Shown: positions 17,782-25,539 of the stretch, piece by piece | Position numbering within the stretch: position 1 is the stretch's first letter | Layout: each line of letters starts with the position of its first letter | From: Dehalococcoidales bacterium | Lineage (GTDB): Bacteria > Chloroflexota > Dehalococcoidia > Dehalococcoidales > Fen-1064 | Direction of reading: 5' to 3' | Length of the DNA: 35,796 nt | NCBI GenBank assembly: GCA_052326545.1 | Contig: JBKQML010000050.1 | Span: 1 to 35,796, forward strand | The notes under the pieces: model-generated | Database searches by the model: none | Told to the model about the DNA's origin: nothing | The model's input: only the letters and a program-made list of their open reading frames with translations | Translations under genes and position numbers: made by a program

Positions 17782-18302
17782 TATCCCTGAATTTTATCTC
17801 TTTTTAATCGCAAAAGGGCTACATTCCACACTATGAGTACTACAGACATTAACATGATAAAGAAATCGAAACTGACTCCGGGTAAGTAAGGGTTGCCACC
17901 GGGCAGGACAGCGGTCGCTCCGGTCATCAGGTAGAAATTGAGACTCATCAGAAAAATGCCTGCCAGCGATAAAATGGACAAAACGGCGATTGTTTTTTGT
18001 ACCGTAGAATTTTCCTTTTTCGGGATAAATAAGGTTAAAACCGCCAGGATTAACACTGCTCCGGTGAGGAGTTCAGCCCATTCGATCAAATAACCGAAAG
18101 TTATGGCATGGGGCAATATATAATGGTTAATAAATCTGCCGTAAGCATTGGCCCGGCTGCCGGCGGTCATCTTCAGATAACCTGCCAATCCCGACGTGAA
18201 CGCTGAGTTAACCTTTATCTTGTTCCATCCCGAAATCAGGAACTCATAACCGAGCCACGCCTGGATCAACAACACCGCGATAAAATTGTAACGCTTCATC
18301 AT
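17778..18302 (-). CDS. DoxX-like integral membrane protein (four predicted TM helices)
   Basis: 174 aa, hydrophobic. The helix pattern and the N-terminal LIQAWLGYEFLISGWNKI resemble the DoxX/TQO small-subunit family. A+T-rich. Convergent with the GNAT gene, with a 4-nt overlap. Confidence 0.5.
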   Translation of the reverse strand: MMKRYNFIAVLLIQAWLGYEFLISGWNKIKVNSAFTSGLAGYLKMTAGSRANAYGRFINHYILPHAITFGYLIEWAELLTGAVLILAVLTLFIPKKENSTVQKTIAVLSILSLAGIFLMSLNFYLMTGATAVLPGGNPYLPGVSFDFFIMLMSVVLIVWNVALLRLKRDKIQGY

Positions 18303-18330
18303 TTTTACGCTGGAAATAATTCAACCCTTC

Positions 18331-18388
18331 AGGATTTTTGAAATTTGAATTTATTTAGGATTTCGATACCTTCGGGTATTTCGAATTT
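18331..18388 (-). repeat. Copy A (inverted) of the G-poor low-complexity intergenic repeat family, with an embedded hairpin
   Basis: The reverse complement reads aaattcgaaatacccgaaggtatcgaaatcctaaataaattcaaatttcaaaaatcc. It shares aaattcgaaat, cgaaatcctaa, taaataaattc and caaatttcaaa with copies B and D. Hairpin ATACC (18366-70) / GGTAT (18375-79) lies just after the moeA stop. Confidence 0.6.
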
Positions 18389-19592
18389 AAAATAATGTCA
18401 CTGTTACGATATCTCCTTTTTCCAGCAGGTCGATATTTTCCGGAATTTCGATATAGCCGTCCGCTTCAGCAATACTGGTAATTGCGCCGGATTCCTTGAA
18501 TACCGATACCGCCTCATCCCCCACCAGCTTCACGGTCAGGAATTGTCTGCGTCCGGTGCTGCCCGTCACCCGGCGGGACAGTTTGGCTTTGACGGTATCG
18601 CCTTTGCGTGATGGCAGACGCGCCATTTTTCTGATGGCGGGTATGAGGAAGAGATAGGAATTAATCAGGCAGGAAGTGGGATAACCGGGCATACCCATCA
18701 GCGGTTTACCTTCAATCATCGCGAAAATGGTTGGTTTGCCGGGTTTGACCTGCACGCCGTGGAAGAGAATTTCACCCCACATATCAATCACATCCACCAG
18801 CAGGTCACGTTCGCCCACAGAGGACCCGCCGGAAAGCACGATAATATCATTTTTCAGTGCTTCTTTGATGGCTGCCCGTAACTCTTCTTTTTTGTCGCCG
18901 GCGATGCCGATTTCAACCGGCGTGCCGCCGTTGGCACTGACTAAGGCCGCAATCGTGTGTGAATTGATATCGTAGAGTTGTCCAGGTTTGAGTTTCTTGC
19001 CGGTGGCAATTACTTCCTCGCCCGTCGGCAGGACCGCGACTTTTGGCTTTTCGTAGACCTTGACGCTGGACAGCCCCTGAGAGGCCAGGACGCCCACTTT
19101 CGCGGCATCCAGCATAATCCCCGCCTTTAAGACGACAGCGCCTTCCTTGATGTCCCCGCCGATTTTACCGATGTTCGAACCGGGGGTGATGGACTTGAAT
19201 ATTTTTACCTCATCGCCTTCGCGTTCGGTATCTTCCACCATCATCACGGCATCGGCGCCTTCAGGCATGACCGCCCCGGTGGAAATTTGCTCACATTGGC
19301 CGGTTTTAATCTTTTTCTCCGGACTTTCCCCGGCATGTATTTCCCCGATTATTTTAAGCGTTACCGGCTTGAATTGTCCGGCGCCGAAGGTATCTTTTGC
19401 CTTGACCGCATAACCGTCCATCGCGGAGCGGTTGAAAGGCGGTACGTTCATTGCGGCCGCTAAATCGGCTGCTAGTACCCGGTTCACCGCATCATCAATC
19501 GGCACAGATTCGGTACGTGTAATTGGATGAATGTGGCGGTCGATAATTTCGCCGGCTTCCTGATATGAAATAAGCGCTCCGAAAGGTCTCAT
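18387..19592 (-). CDS. moeA: Molybdopterin molybdenumtransferase MoeA
   Basis: 401 aa. PPFNRSAMDGYAV, the central MoCF_biosynth-like domain (VLPTGEE...LSGGSSVGERD) and the C-terminal beta-barrel are typical of MoeA. 4-nt overlap with moaB. Confidence 0.9.
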   Translation of the reverse strand: MRPFGALISYQEAGEIIDRHIHPITRTESVPIDDAVNRVLAADLAAAMNVPPFNRSAMDGYAVKAKDTFGAGQFKPVTLKIIGEIHAGESPEKKIKTGQCEQISTGAVMPEGADAVMMVEDTEREGDEVKIFKSITPGSNIGKIGGDIKEGAVVLKAGIMLDAAKVGVLASQGLSSVKVYEKPKVAVLPTGEEVIATGKKLKPGQLYDINSHTIAALVSANGGTPVEIGIAGDKKEELRAAIKEALKNDIIVLSGGSSVGERDLLVDVIDMWGEILFHGVQVKPGKPTIFAMIEGKPLMGMPGYPTSCLINSYLFLIPAIRKMARLPSRKGDTVKAKLSRRVTGSTGRRQFLTVKLVGDEAVSVFKESGAITSIAEADGYIEIPENIDLLEKGDIVTVTLF

Positions 19593-20092
19593 CTTGTTGC
19601 CTCCCGGACCAGATGTCCGATTTCCGATAGTATAATTTTGTCCATGGCCAGTGTCGCCGCACCCAATGAGCCGGGGAAACAGATGATAACTCTTCCGTTA
19701 ATGACGCCGGCCGTCGCCCGGCTCATGATACTGGCCGTGCCGAGCTCCTGATAGGTTAAGTTGCGGAAAAGTTCCCCGAAGCCGTCCAATTTCTTTTCCA
19801 GCATCGGTTGAATCGTGTCCACCGTCACATCCTTATGACTCAACCCCGTGCCGCCGCTGGTGATAATGACCTGGACTGCATCCTGTTTGACTAATTCCAG
19901 AATCTTGCTTTTCAGCAGCCGGGCATCATTTTTCAGAATCGTGTAATAAACTACCCGGTGTCCTTTATTCAGCAAACGCTGCTTGATCAGCTTACCGGAC
20001 TCATCAGTCTCTTCGGTGCGGCTGTCAGAAGTAACGAGCACCGCACACCCGATGTTTTCTTTTTCCAGCCTTTTATGTTCCTGATATCCCAT
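19589..20092 (-). CDS. moaB: MoaB/MogA-type molybdenum cofactor biosynthesis protein
   Basis: 167 aa. VLVTSDSR..., ITSGGTGLSHKDVT and FPGSLGA blocks. Confidence 0.85.
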   Translation of the reverse strand: MGYQEHKRLEKENIGCAVLVTSDSRTEETDESGKLIKQRLLNKGHRVVYYTILKNDARLLKSKILELVKQDAVQVIITSGGTGLSHKDVTVDTIQPMLEKKLDGFGELFRNLTYQELGTASIMSRATAGVINGRVIICFPGSLGAATLAMDKIILSEIGHLVREATR

Positions 20093-20096
20093 CTTG

Positions 20097-20165
20097 AAAA
20101 AATCCTAATGTCTAAATTCGAAATCCTAATTAAATTCCAAGTTCCAAATTTCAAATACCAAACTT
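20097..20165 (+). repeat. Copy B of the G-poor low-complexity intergenic repeat family
   Basis: aaaaaatcctaatgtctaaattcgaaatcctaattaaattccaagttccaaatttcaaataccaaactt. Three blocks (tctaaatYcgaaa, taaattccaa, caaataccaaa) occur in the same order as in copy D. Confidence 0.65.
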
Positions 20166-20194
20166 AAGCTGACGGCTGAGAGCTGATAGCTCAC

Positions 20195-20758
20195 TTAAAA
20201 CCTTGGTTTACAGAGAATCTCTCTGATTTTCAGGTCGAAAAAGTCATTCGAATAGACCGGCTTGAGCACGACCGCGTAATCAGCGCCCCGGCCTGAACCG
20301 GCAATGGCAATAACATCTTCATCGGTACGCACGAGCCCGGCATCCGCGGCCATTACACTGATTTCAATGACCACTTTCATCCCCTGACCCATCAGGCGCA
20401 AAGTGTTGGCGATAATGACCCCGATTTCATGCATATTGAATTTTTTCAGCATTGCGCCGCTGACTCCCCGGAAAAGATGGGTCGTTGTCAGGATGCTGCC
20501 GCCGTTAGCGACGATTTTACGGCGATTTTCTTCAGTTAATTCCTGGGTGTTGGGGATATTGAAACCGGTCGAATGTGTCACGACCACGACTTTCATACTC
20601 TTAAAGACCTCGGTAGCCCGCACCCCGGTATGCCCTTCAGTAGTGGCGACAATAATTGTTTTGATACCCAGTTCTTGCGCCCGTTTTTTCGCGATGCGGA
20701 GGACTTCTTCGGTATTTTCGATACCGGGCTTATCAAAATACACAATTTTCTCTTCCAT
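20195..20758 (-). CDS. Pyruvate-kinase C-terminal (alpha/beta) domain-like stand-alone protein
   Basis: 187 aa. Resembles the stand-alone PK_C-domain proteins found in archaea and anaerobes (IVYFDKPG.ENT...IKTIIVATTEGHTG...VVVVTH). First gene of the apparent operon with moaB and moeA. Confidence 0.5.
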   Translation of the reverse strand: MEEKIVYFDKPGIENTEEVLRIAKKRAQELGIKTIIVATTEGHTGVRATEVFKSMKVVVVTHSTGFNIPNTQELTEENRRKIVANGGSILTTTHLFRGVSGAMLKKFNMHEIGVIIANTLRLMGQGMKVVIEISVMAADAGLVRTDEDVIAIAGSGRGADYAVVLKPVYSNDFFDLKIREILCKPRF

Positions 20759-20791
20759 TTTTACAACTCTTCCCCGAATAACTCACTGACA

Positions 20792-20819
20792 GCTTTCAGA
20801 TTAGCACTAATCCGAAAGC
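20792..20819. promoter_or_regulatory. 28-bp near-perfect palindrome in a divergent promoter region
   Basis: GCTTTCAGATTAG (20792-20804), CA, CTAATCCGAAAGC (20807-20819); 12 of 13 arm positions are complementary. Lies between the PK_C-like/moaB/moeA operon start (20758) and the nadK promoter. Confidence 0.5.
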
Positions 20820-20846
20820 GAAATCAAGCTGAGCCTTGTTTTTTTC

Positions 20847-20875
20847 TTGACACTCCAGATTGCCGATGATACACT
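20847..20875 (+). promoter_or_regulatory. Candidate sigma-70 promoter for nadK
   Basis: TTGACA (20847-20852), 17-nt spacer, TACACT (20870-20875), about 30 nt upstream of the ATG at 20907. Confidence 0.45.
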
Positions 20876-20906
20876 TCTTTTATATTCACCGGATAAATAA
20901 TCCATC

Positions 20907-21758
20907 ATGAAACAGAAGACAATGTTGAAGAAAATCGGTATCCTCTATCACCCCATGAACCAGTCAGCGGGCAAGCTGGCGAAAAAACTGCAGAAGACCC
21001 TGACCGAAAAGGGAATCACCGTTTGGCTTTGCTCATCATGGAATGGAGATTTAGCCCGGACGAAAACCGACGGCACGGAATTGATTTTGAGTATCGGCGG
21101 CGACGGTACGATTTTGCGGGCCGCACAGGCAGTTATCCCCGGAAAAACACCGATTACCGGGATCAATTTAGGCAACCTGGGTTTTATGACCGAGTTAAGT
21201 CTTACTGAGACGGAAGATGAGCTCAACCGCCTGCTGGCCGGTGAGGGCTGGGTTGATGAACGCTCGTTGCTTGAGGCCGAGATTTCGCCCGGTGAAGGTA
21301 GTCCTCGCAAGATATTTTATGCCTTAAACGATGTAGTGATTGCCCGCGGCGCCGTGGCACGCGTCATTTACATCACTGCTAAAATTGACGGAGAATTATT
21401 GACGACATATAAAGCCGACGGCGTGATTATTGCAACCGCCACCGGCAGCACCGGTTATGCCCTGGCAGCCGGCGGACCGATTCTGCCCCCGCATTCAAGG
21501 GATTTCCTGATATTGCCGATTGTGCCCCTTCTCAGTGCGAAATACTGTGTTGTCTTGCCATCCGATTCTAAAGTCCAACTCAGTGTGCAGGCAGTACATC
21601 CGGCAACACTGAGTATCGACGGACACACAAATCTGCTGTTGACTAGCGGTGCTGTTATCAGCGTAAGACGCAGCCGGCACAAAATCCGGTTTTTGAGAAT
21701 ACACCCCAAATCATCTTTTTACAGCACCCTGGAAAAACGATTAAAGGGGAAACAGTAA
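20907..21758 (+). CDS. nadK: NAD(+) kinase
   Basis: GGDGTILRAA motif, NLGNLGFM and TGSTGYALAAGGPI blocks. The start is uncertain; an alternative ATG lies at 20922. Confidence 0.9.
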   Translation: MKQKTMLKKIGILYHPMNQSAGKLAKKLQKTLTEKGITVWLCSSWNGDLARTKTDGTELILSIGGDGTILRAAQAVIPGKTPITGINLGNLGFMTELSLTETEDELNRLLAGEGWVDERSLLEAEISPGEGSPRKIFYALNDVVIARGAVARVIYITAKIDGELLTTYKADGVIIATATGSTGYALAAGGPILPPHSRDFLILPIVPLLSAKYCVVLPSDSKVQLSVQAVHPATLSIDGHTNLLLTSGAVISVRRSRHKIRFLRIHPKSSFYSTLEKRLKGKQ

Positions 21759-21759
21759 A

Positions 21760-22239
21760 TTGGTCAGGAATAGTTCTTTTAAAGTGGAAAAAGCTAATAT
21801 CAGCGAGGTGCCTCGCATTCATAAGCTTGTCAACAGTTTTGCCGGGCGTGGGGAAATGCTGGCCCGCCCGTTAAGTGAAATCTACGAAAATATCCGCGAT
21901 TTTGTGGTTGTCCGGAAGGGCAAACGCATTATCGGCTGCGCTGCGCTGCATGTCTTGTGGTCGGACCTGGCAGAAATTAAATCGGTTGCCGTCGATGAAA
22001 AAATGCAGAGACAGGGTATCGGTACCGTACTGGTAACCGCCTGCCTGCGGGATGCGGAAGAACTGGGCATTACCACTGTCTTTTGTCTCACCTACAAACC
22101 GAAATTTTTTGAAAAACTCGGACTGAAAGAAGTGGAAAAGATGACCCTGCCGCAGAAAATCTGGACCGAATGTTACCGCTGTTCCAAATTCCCCAACTGT
22201 GATGAAACCGCGATGACTATCCAAATCGTGAAAAAATAA
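21760..22239 (+). CDS. GNAT N-acetyltransferase, short N-acetylglutamate-synthase-like type
   Basis: 159 aa. TTG start with an aagggga SD about 10 nt upstream. QRQGIGTVLV acetyl-CoA block. The C-terminal WTECYRCSKFPNCDETAM resembles short ArgA-like enzymes (from memory). Confidence 0.6.
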   Translation: MVRNSSFKVEKANISEVPRIHKLVNSFAGRGEMLARPLSEIYENIRDFVVVRKGKRIIGCAALHVLWSDLAEIKSVAVDEKMQRQGIGTVLVTACLRDAEELGITTVFCLTYKPKFFEKLGLKEVEKMTLPQKIWTECYRCSKFPNCDETAMTIQIVKK

Positions 22240-22247
22240 GGCTGATA

Positions 22248-22787
22248 ATGAAACCGCAGAAAACCCTGTCCAGTAAAATTGTCTTTGAAGGTCGGGCCGT
22301 GAAGCTTAGAGTTGATACCATCCAAATGCCGGACGGCCGCCAGACAACCCGCGAGATCGTGGAACACGGTGCCTGCATTGCGGTGGTGGCCGTCGATGAG
22401 CAAAATAACGTCCTGCTGGTCAGTCAATATCGTGAAGCGGTAGAAAAAGAACTACTGGAGATTCCAGCCGGCGGCGTTGACCCGGGCGAAGATGTTGAAA
22501 CCGCCGTAAAACGGGAAATGCAGGAAGAAACCGGTTATTTGCCGCAGAAATTAGAGAATCTGGGTGGCTACTATTTAGCGCCGGGGTATTCCACCGAATA
22601 TCTGCATCTTTATCTGGCCGGCGACCTTCTTCCCAGCCGCCTGATGGCGGAAGACACCGAAGGTATTAAAATAGTCAGAGTACCCGTATCTCAAATCCGT
22701 AAGCTGCTGACTTCGGGTAAAATCTGCGACGGTAAAAGTATCGCCGGGCTCTACGTGTTTCTGGAATACCAAAAGAAAAAACACTAA
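22248..22787 (+). CDS. NUDIX hydrolase, ADP-ribose pyrophosphatase-like
   Basis: Nudix box GGVDPGEDVETAVKREMQEETG. N-terminal beta domain typical of NudF-type enzymes. Confidence 0.8.
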   Translation: MKPQKTLSSKIVFEGRAVKLRVDTIQMPDGRQTTREIVEHGACIAVVAVDEQNNVLLVSQYREAVEKELLEIPAGGVDPGEDVETAVKREMQEETGYLPQKLENLGGYYLAPGYSTEYLHLYLAGDLLPSRLMAEDTEGIKIVRVPVSQIRKLLTSGKICDGKSIAGLYVFLEYQKKKH

Positions 22788-22822
22788 TATCTAAATACTA
22801 AACTCTAAACAAATTCGAAAGC
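22788..22822 (+). repeat. Copy C of the G-poor low-complexity intergenic repeat family
   Basis: tatctaaatactaaactctaaacaaattcgaaagc. Shares ctaaactctaaa with copy D and aaattcgaaa with copy B. Followed by an A-run. Confidence 0.5.
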
Positions 22823-22860
22823 ATAAAAAATATAAAAAAAACCTGCTTAGGCAAACTTAG

Positions 22861-23202
22861 TCATCCTAATCCGCCTGCTAGTTCCCGACCGCCAAGCAGG
22901 TGCAGATGCAGGTGCTGCACCACCTGTCCGCCTTGCGGTCCGCTGTTAATCACTACTCTATAACCTTTAGCGGCAATCCCCTGCTGCTTCGCCAATTGTT
23001 TCGCAACCTGCACCATATGTCCCACCAGCGGTGTCTCGTGCTCGCTGATATCGTTGAGAGAAACAATGTGCTCCCGCGGCACAATCAGCAGGTGCACCGG
23101 CGCCATCGGACTGATATCACGGAAGGCAATCACCTTGTCGTCGGTGTAAATCACATCACTCGGTATTTGCCCGGCAATAATTTTGCAGAAGATACAATCC
23201 AT
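22861..23202 (-). CDS. HIT-family (histidine triad) nucleotide hydrolase
   Basis: 113 aa. N-terminal CIFCKII and the histidine triad HLHLHLLGG. Confidence 0.9.
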   Translation of the reverse strand: MDCIFCKIIAGQIPSDVIYTDDKVIAFRDISPMAPVHLLIVPREHIVSLNDISEHETPLVGHMVQVAKQLAKQQGIAAKGYRVVINSGPQGGQVVQHLHLHLLGGRELAGGLG

Positions 23203-23414
23203 ATCACGGCCTCCTGAAGCGAATACTTATCATGTTCGATGATTGATACCCCACATTGTACTAGCTTTTTTAGCTCAGGTAAATAAGTATTTTCATTCTA
23301 TTTGATTCATTTTTAGAGTTATCAAGCACCAAAATATTTCATCTGAAAAATATTGACGAAGGGCTTTTTCGGTTGTACTGTAATTATAGTGGGATATCGT
23401 GTTGAGGTAAAAAA

Positions 23415-23951
23415 GTGAGAAAAAGTAGATTTATTATTACGGCGATATTGCTAATTTCAATAACGGCTACAACACTGCTGGTTGGTTGTACCGGGCAAAA
23501 AACAACTTCAACTACACCCACCAGAGTATACAGTATCGTTAAAGTGACGGAAATTACTGATTTGCAGGGCGTGAAATGGGAAAATTATCAATTAAGACTA
23601 ACACTTGAAGGAGGAGCTACATTTCCCATCGACTTAAATCTTGCAGACGGGAATACGGTATCCTGCTGGTATACCACTGAAAAGCCAACATCCGGCGGGA
23701 GTGTTAATTTCCAGGTTGAAGCCGGGACTAACGTAATTTATCCAACCGGTACCACCGGTTCGGGAGCGGCGGGGAATACTTCGGACCGTCTTTCCTTTAC
23801 CGCAACTCAGGTCAACGGCACGAGTTACAGGTTAGTATTCCATAATAATTTGGCTGATATAAATTCGAAGGAAACTATTTATACCGAAATCAATTATCCT
23901 GCCAATGCCTCCGGGGAAGATTCTATCTTCATACCGTTGCAGACAAATTAA
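23415..23951 (+). CDS. Predicted lipoprotein of unknown function (beta-rich)
   Basis: GTG start with gaggt SD. Signal peptide with lipobox LLVGC, followed by a Thr/Ser linker. No family recognised. A+T-rich. Confidence 0.6.
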   Translation: MRKSRFIITAILLISITATTLLVGCTGQKTTSTTPTRVYSIVKVTEITDLQGVKWENYQLRLTLEGGATFPIDLNLADGNTVSCWYTTEKPTSGGSVNFQVEAGTNVIYPTGTTGSGAAGNTSDRLSFTATQVNGTSYRLVFHNNLADINSKETIYTEINYPANASGEDSIFIPLQTN

Positions 23952-24227
23952 AGCGAGTGGTGGTTTCTTCTTATCATTCGGAAGACCTTGCGGAAATTAT
24001 CGTTTGTAACCAAAAGATTACATAATCGTTACTTTGTTGTTACCTGTTATCCAGGTTCTTAATGTTATCTTAACCTGAATAGTCTATCCTCTAATACGGA
24101 CTGGGTAATCAAGCGAACCAGTATAAATGAAAAAGGTCGTTAGCGGGTAACGAAATAAATACCTGCAAAATATGAGAAGGGCATCCGGCAGATTACCGAT
24201 GTCCTCGTAAACTTAAAGGAAAAGAAT

Positions 24228-24446
24228 ATGGCAGTCTGGAAATTAAAGAGTTGCCCGCGGTGTAATGGTGACCTCTTTATTCAGCGCGAAACTGACGGCT
24301 GGTATGAAGAGTGTCTGCTGTGCGGATATCAGAGAGATGTATCTAATCTGGTGACCGTAAACACCCTGGGACAGGTTAAGATAAAGGGCCAAATAGCGAA
24401 CGGACAAAAATTATACAACGATGTCCGTGTATCGCCGGCTAACTAA
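24228..24446 (+). CDS. Small zinc-ribbon protein (72 aa), unknown function
   Basis: CPRCNGDL...x15...CLLCGY forms a four-Cys ribbon. aaggaaa SD. Monocistronic, with a strong terminator downstream. Confidence 0.55.
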   Translation: MAVWKLKSCPRCNGDLFIQRETDGWYEECLLCGYQRDVSNLVTVNTLGQVKIKGQIANGQKLYNDVRVSPAN

Positions 24447-24500
24447 ACGCCCTCGGCCACATCGTGAGTCTTACAAAGCGCTCTCACCGTGGGTTAAACG

Positions 24501-24540
24501 AAAGCCCCTCGCAAACATCGAGGGGCTTTCTTATTTTTTA
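24501..24540. terminator. Strong (probably bidirectional) intrinsic terminator between the zinc-ribbon ORF and convergent moaA
   Basis: AAAGCCCCTCG (24501-24511) / CGAGGGGCTTT (24519-24529), perfect 11-bp stem with a 7-nt loop, followed by CTTATTTTTT on the + strand. Confidence 0.8.
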
Positions 24541-24555
24541 CTTTATATCGGCTAT

Positions 24556-25539
24556 TTAACCGCCAATCTGCCTCATTGACCGCGCCGACGGCTTACTGCC
24601 GGTATCAAGATGATGCTGCGCCCGTTTCACCATTGCGGCAGATTGAATAATTCCTGCCAGTTCTTCAATGGTAGCACCGCGTCTTAACGCTTCCCTGATA
24701 TCGATTTCGTCATCGTCCAGCAGACAGGGACGCAGTTTCCCGTCGGAAGTCAGGCGGAATCGATTACAATCAGCGCAGAAACACTCTGTTACCGCTCCGA
24801 TAAATCCCAATGTCCCGTTTGCACCGGGTAACTGATAATATTTGGCCGGACCGTTCCCGACACCCGGATGGCGCGGCTGCAGTTCGCCGAACTGTTTGCG
24901 GATGATATCCATGATCTCCTGAGAGGATACCAGGTCGTTATCCTGCTTTTCCGCCCCGGCAAAAGGCATATGCTCGATAAATCGTACATTCCAGCCGTCG
25001 TTAATTGTTTTTCGGGCAAAATCGAGGATTTCATCGTCATTAATACCTTTCAGGACGACCATATTAATTTTTACCGGTACCAACCCGACATTATTGGCAA
25101 CTGCGATGCTTTGCAACACTTCATTCAATTTATCGCCGCCGGTAATATAGGCAAATTTATCAGGTTTGAGCGAGTCCAGGCTGATATTAACACGCTTTAA
25201 ACCGGCTGCTTTCAGTTCTGCAGCATATCTGGTCAGCAAAGTGCCGTTAGTCGTCATCGATACTTCTTCAATTCCCGGTATGCTGACCAGCATGGCGACC
25301 AAGCGATCCAGGTGCAGTCTGACCAGTGGTTCACCGCCGGTCAGGCGGATTTTTGTGACGCCAAGCGTGGCGGCTGCCTGCGCCACTCTGGTGATTTCTT
25401 CGTAGCGTAGCGTATTCTCATGAGTCTGGTTATGAAAAGAAGTTGCAGCACAATAAATACAGCGCAGGTCGCACCGGTCGGTAACCGAAATGCGCATGTA
25501 ATCAATCTGACGGTCAAATGCGTCAACCAGATTAGTCAT
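24556..25539 (-). CDS. moaA: GTP 3',8-cyclase MoaA (radical SAM)
   Basis: Radical-SAM cluster motif CDLRCIYC, LTGGEPL, the C-terminal auxiliary cluster region CFCADCNRFRLTSDGKLRPCL, and a terminal GG. Confidence 0.9.
   Translation of the reverse strand: MTNLVDAFDRQIDYMRISVTDRCDLRCIYCAATSFHNQTHENTLRYEEITRVAQAAATLGVTKIRLTGGEPLVRLHLDRLVAMLVSIPGIEEVSMTTNGTLLTRYAAELKAAGLKRVNISLDSLKPDKFAYITGGDKLNEVLQSIAVANNVGLVPVKINMVVLKGINDDEILDFARKTINDGWNVRFIEHMPFAGAEKQDNDLVSSQEIMDIIRKQFGELQPRHPGVGNGPAKYYQLPGANGTLGFIGAVTECFCADCNRFRLTSDGKLRPCLLDDDEIDIREALRRGATIEELAGIIQSAAMVKRAQHHLDTGSKPSARSMRQIGG

Noticed and set aside
20168-20195. Tandem heptamers GCTGACG GCTGAGA GCTGATA GCTCACT just after the stop of the PK_C-like gene
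   Set aside because: Only three to four short, imperfect units. This is far too small for a CRISPR array or a meaningful satellite. Probably a chance or slippage product, and no functional inference is possible.
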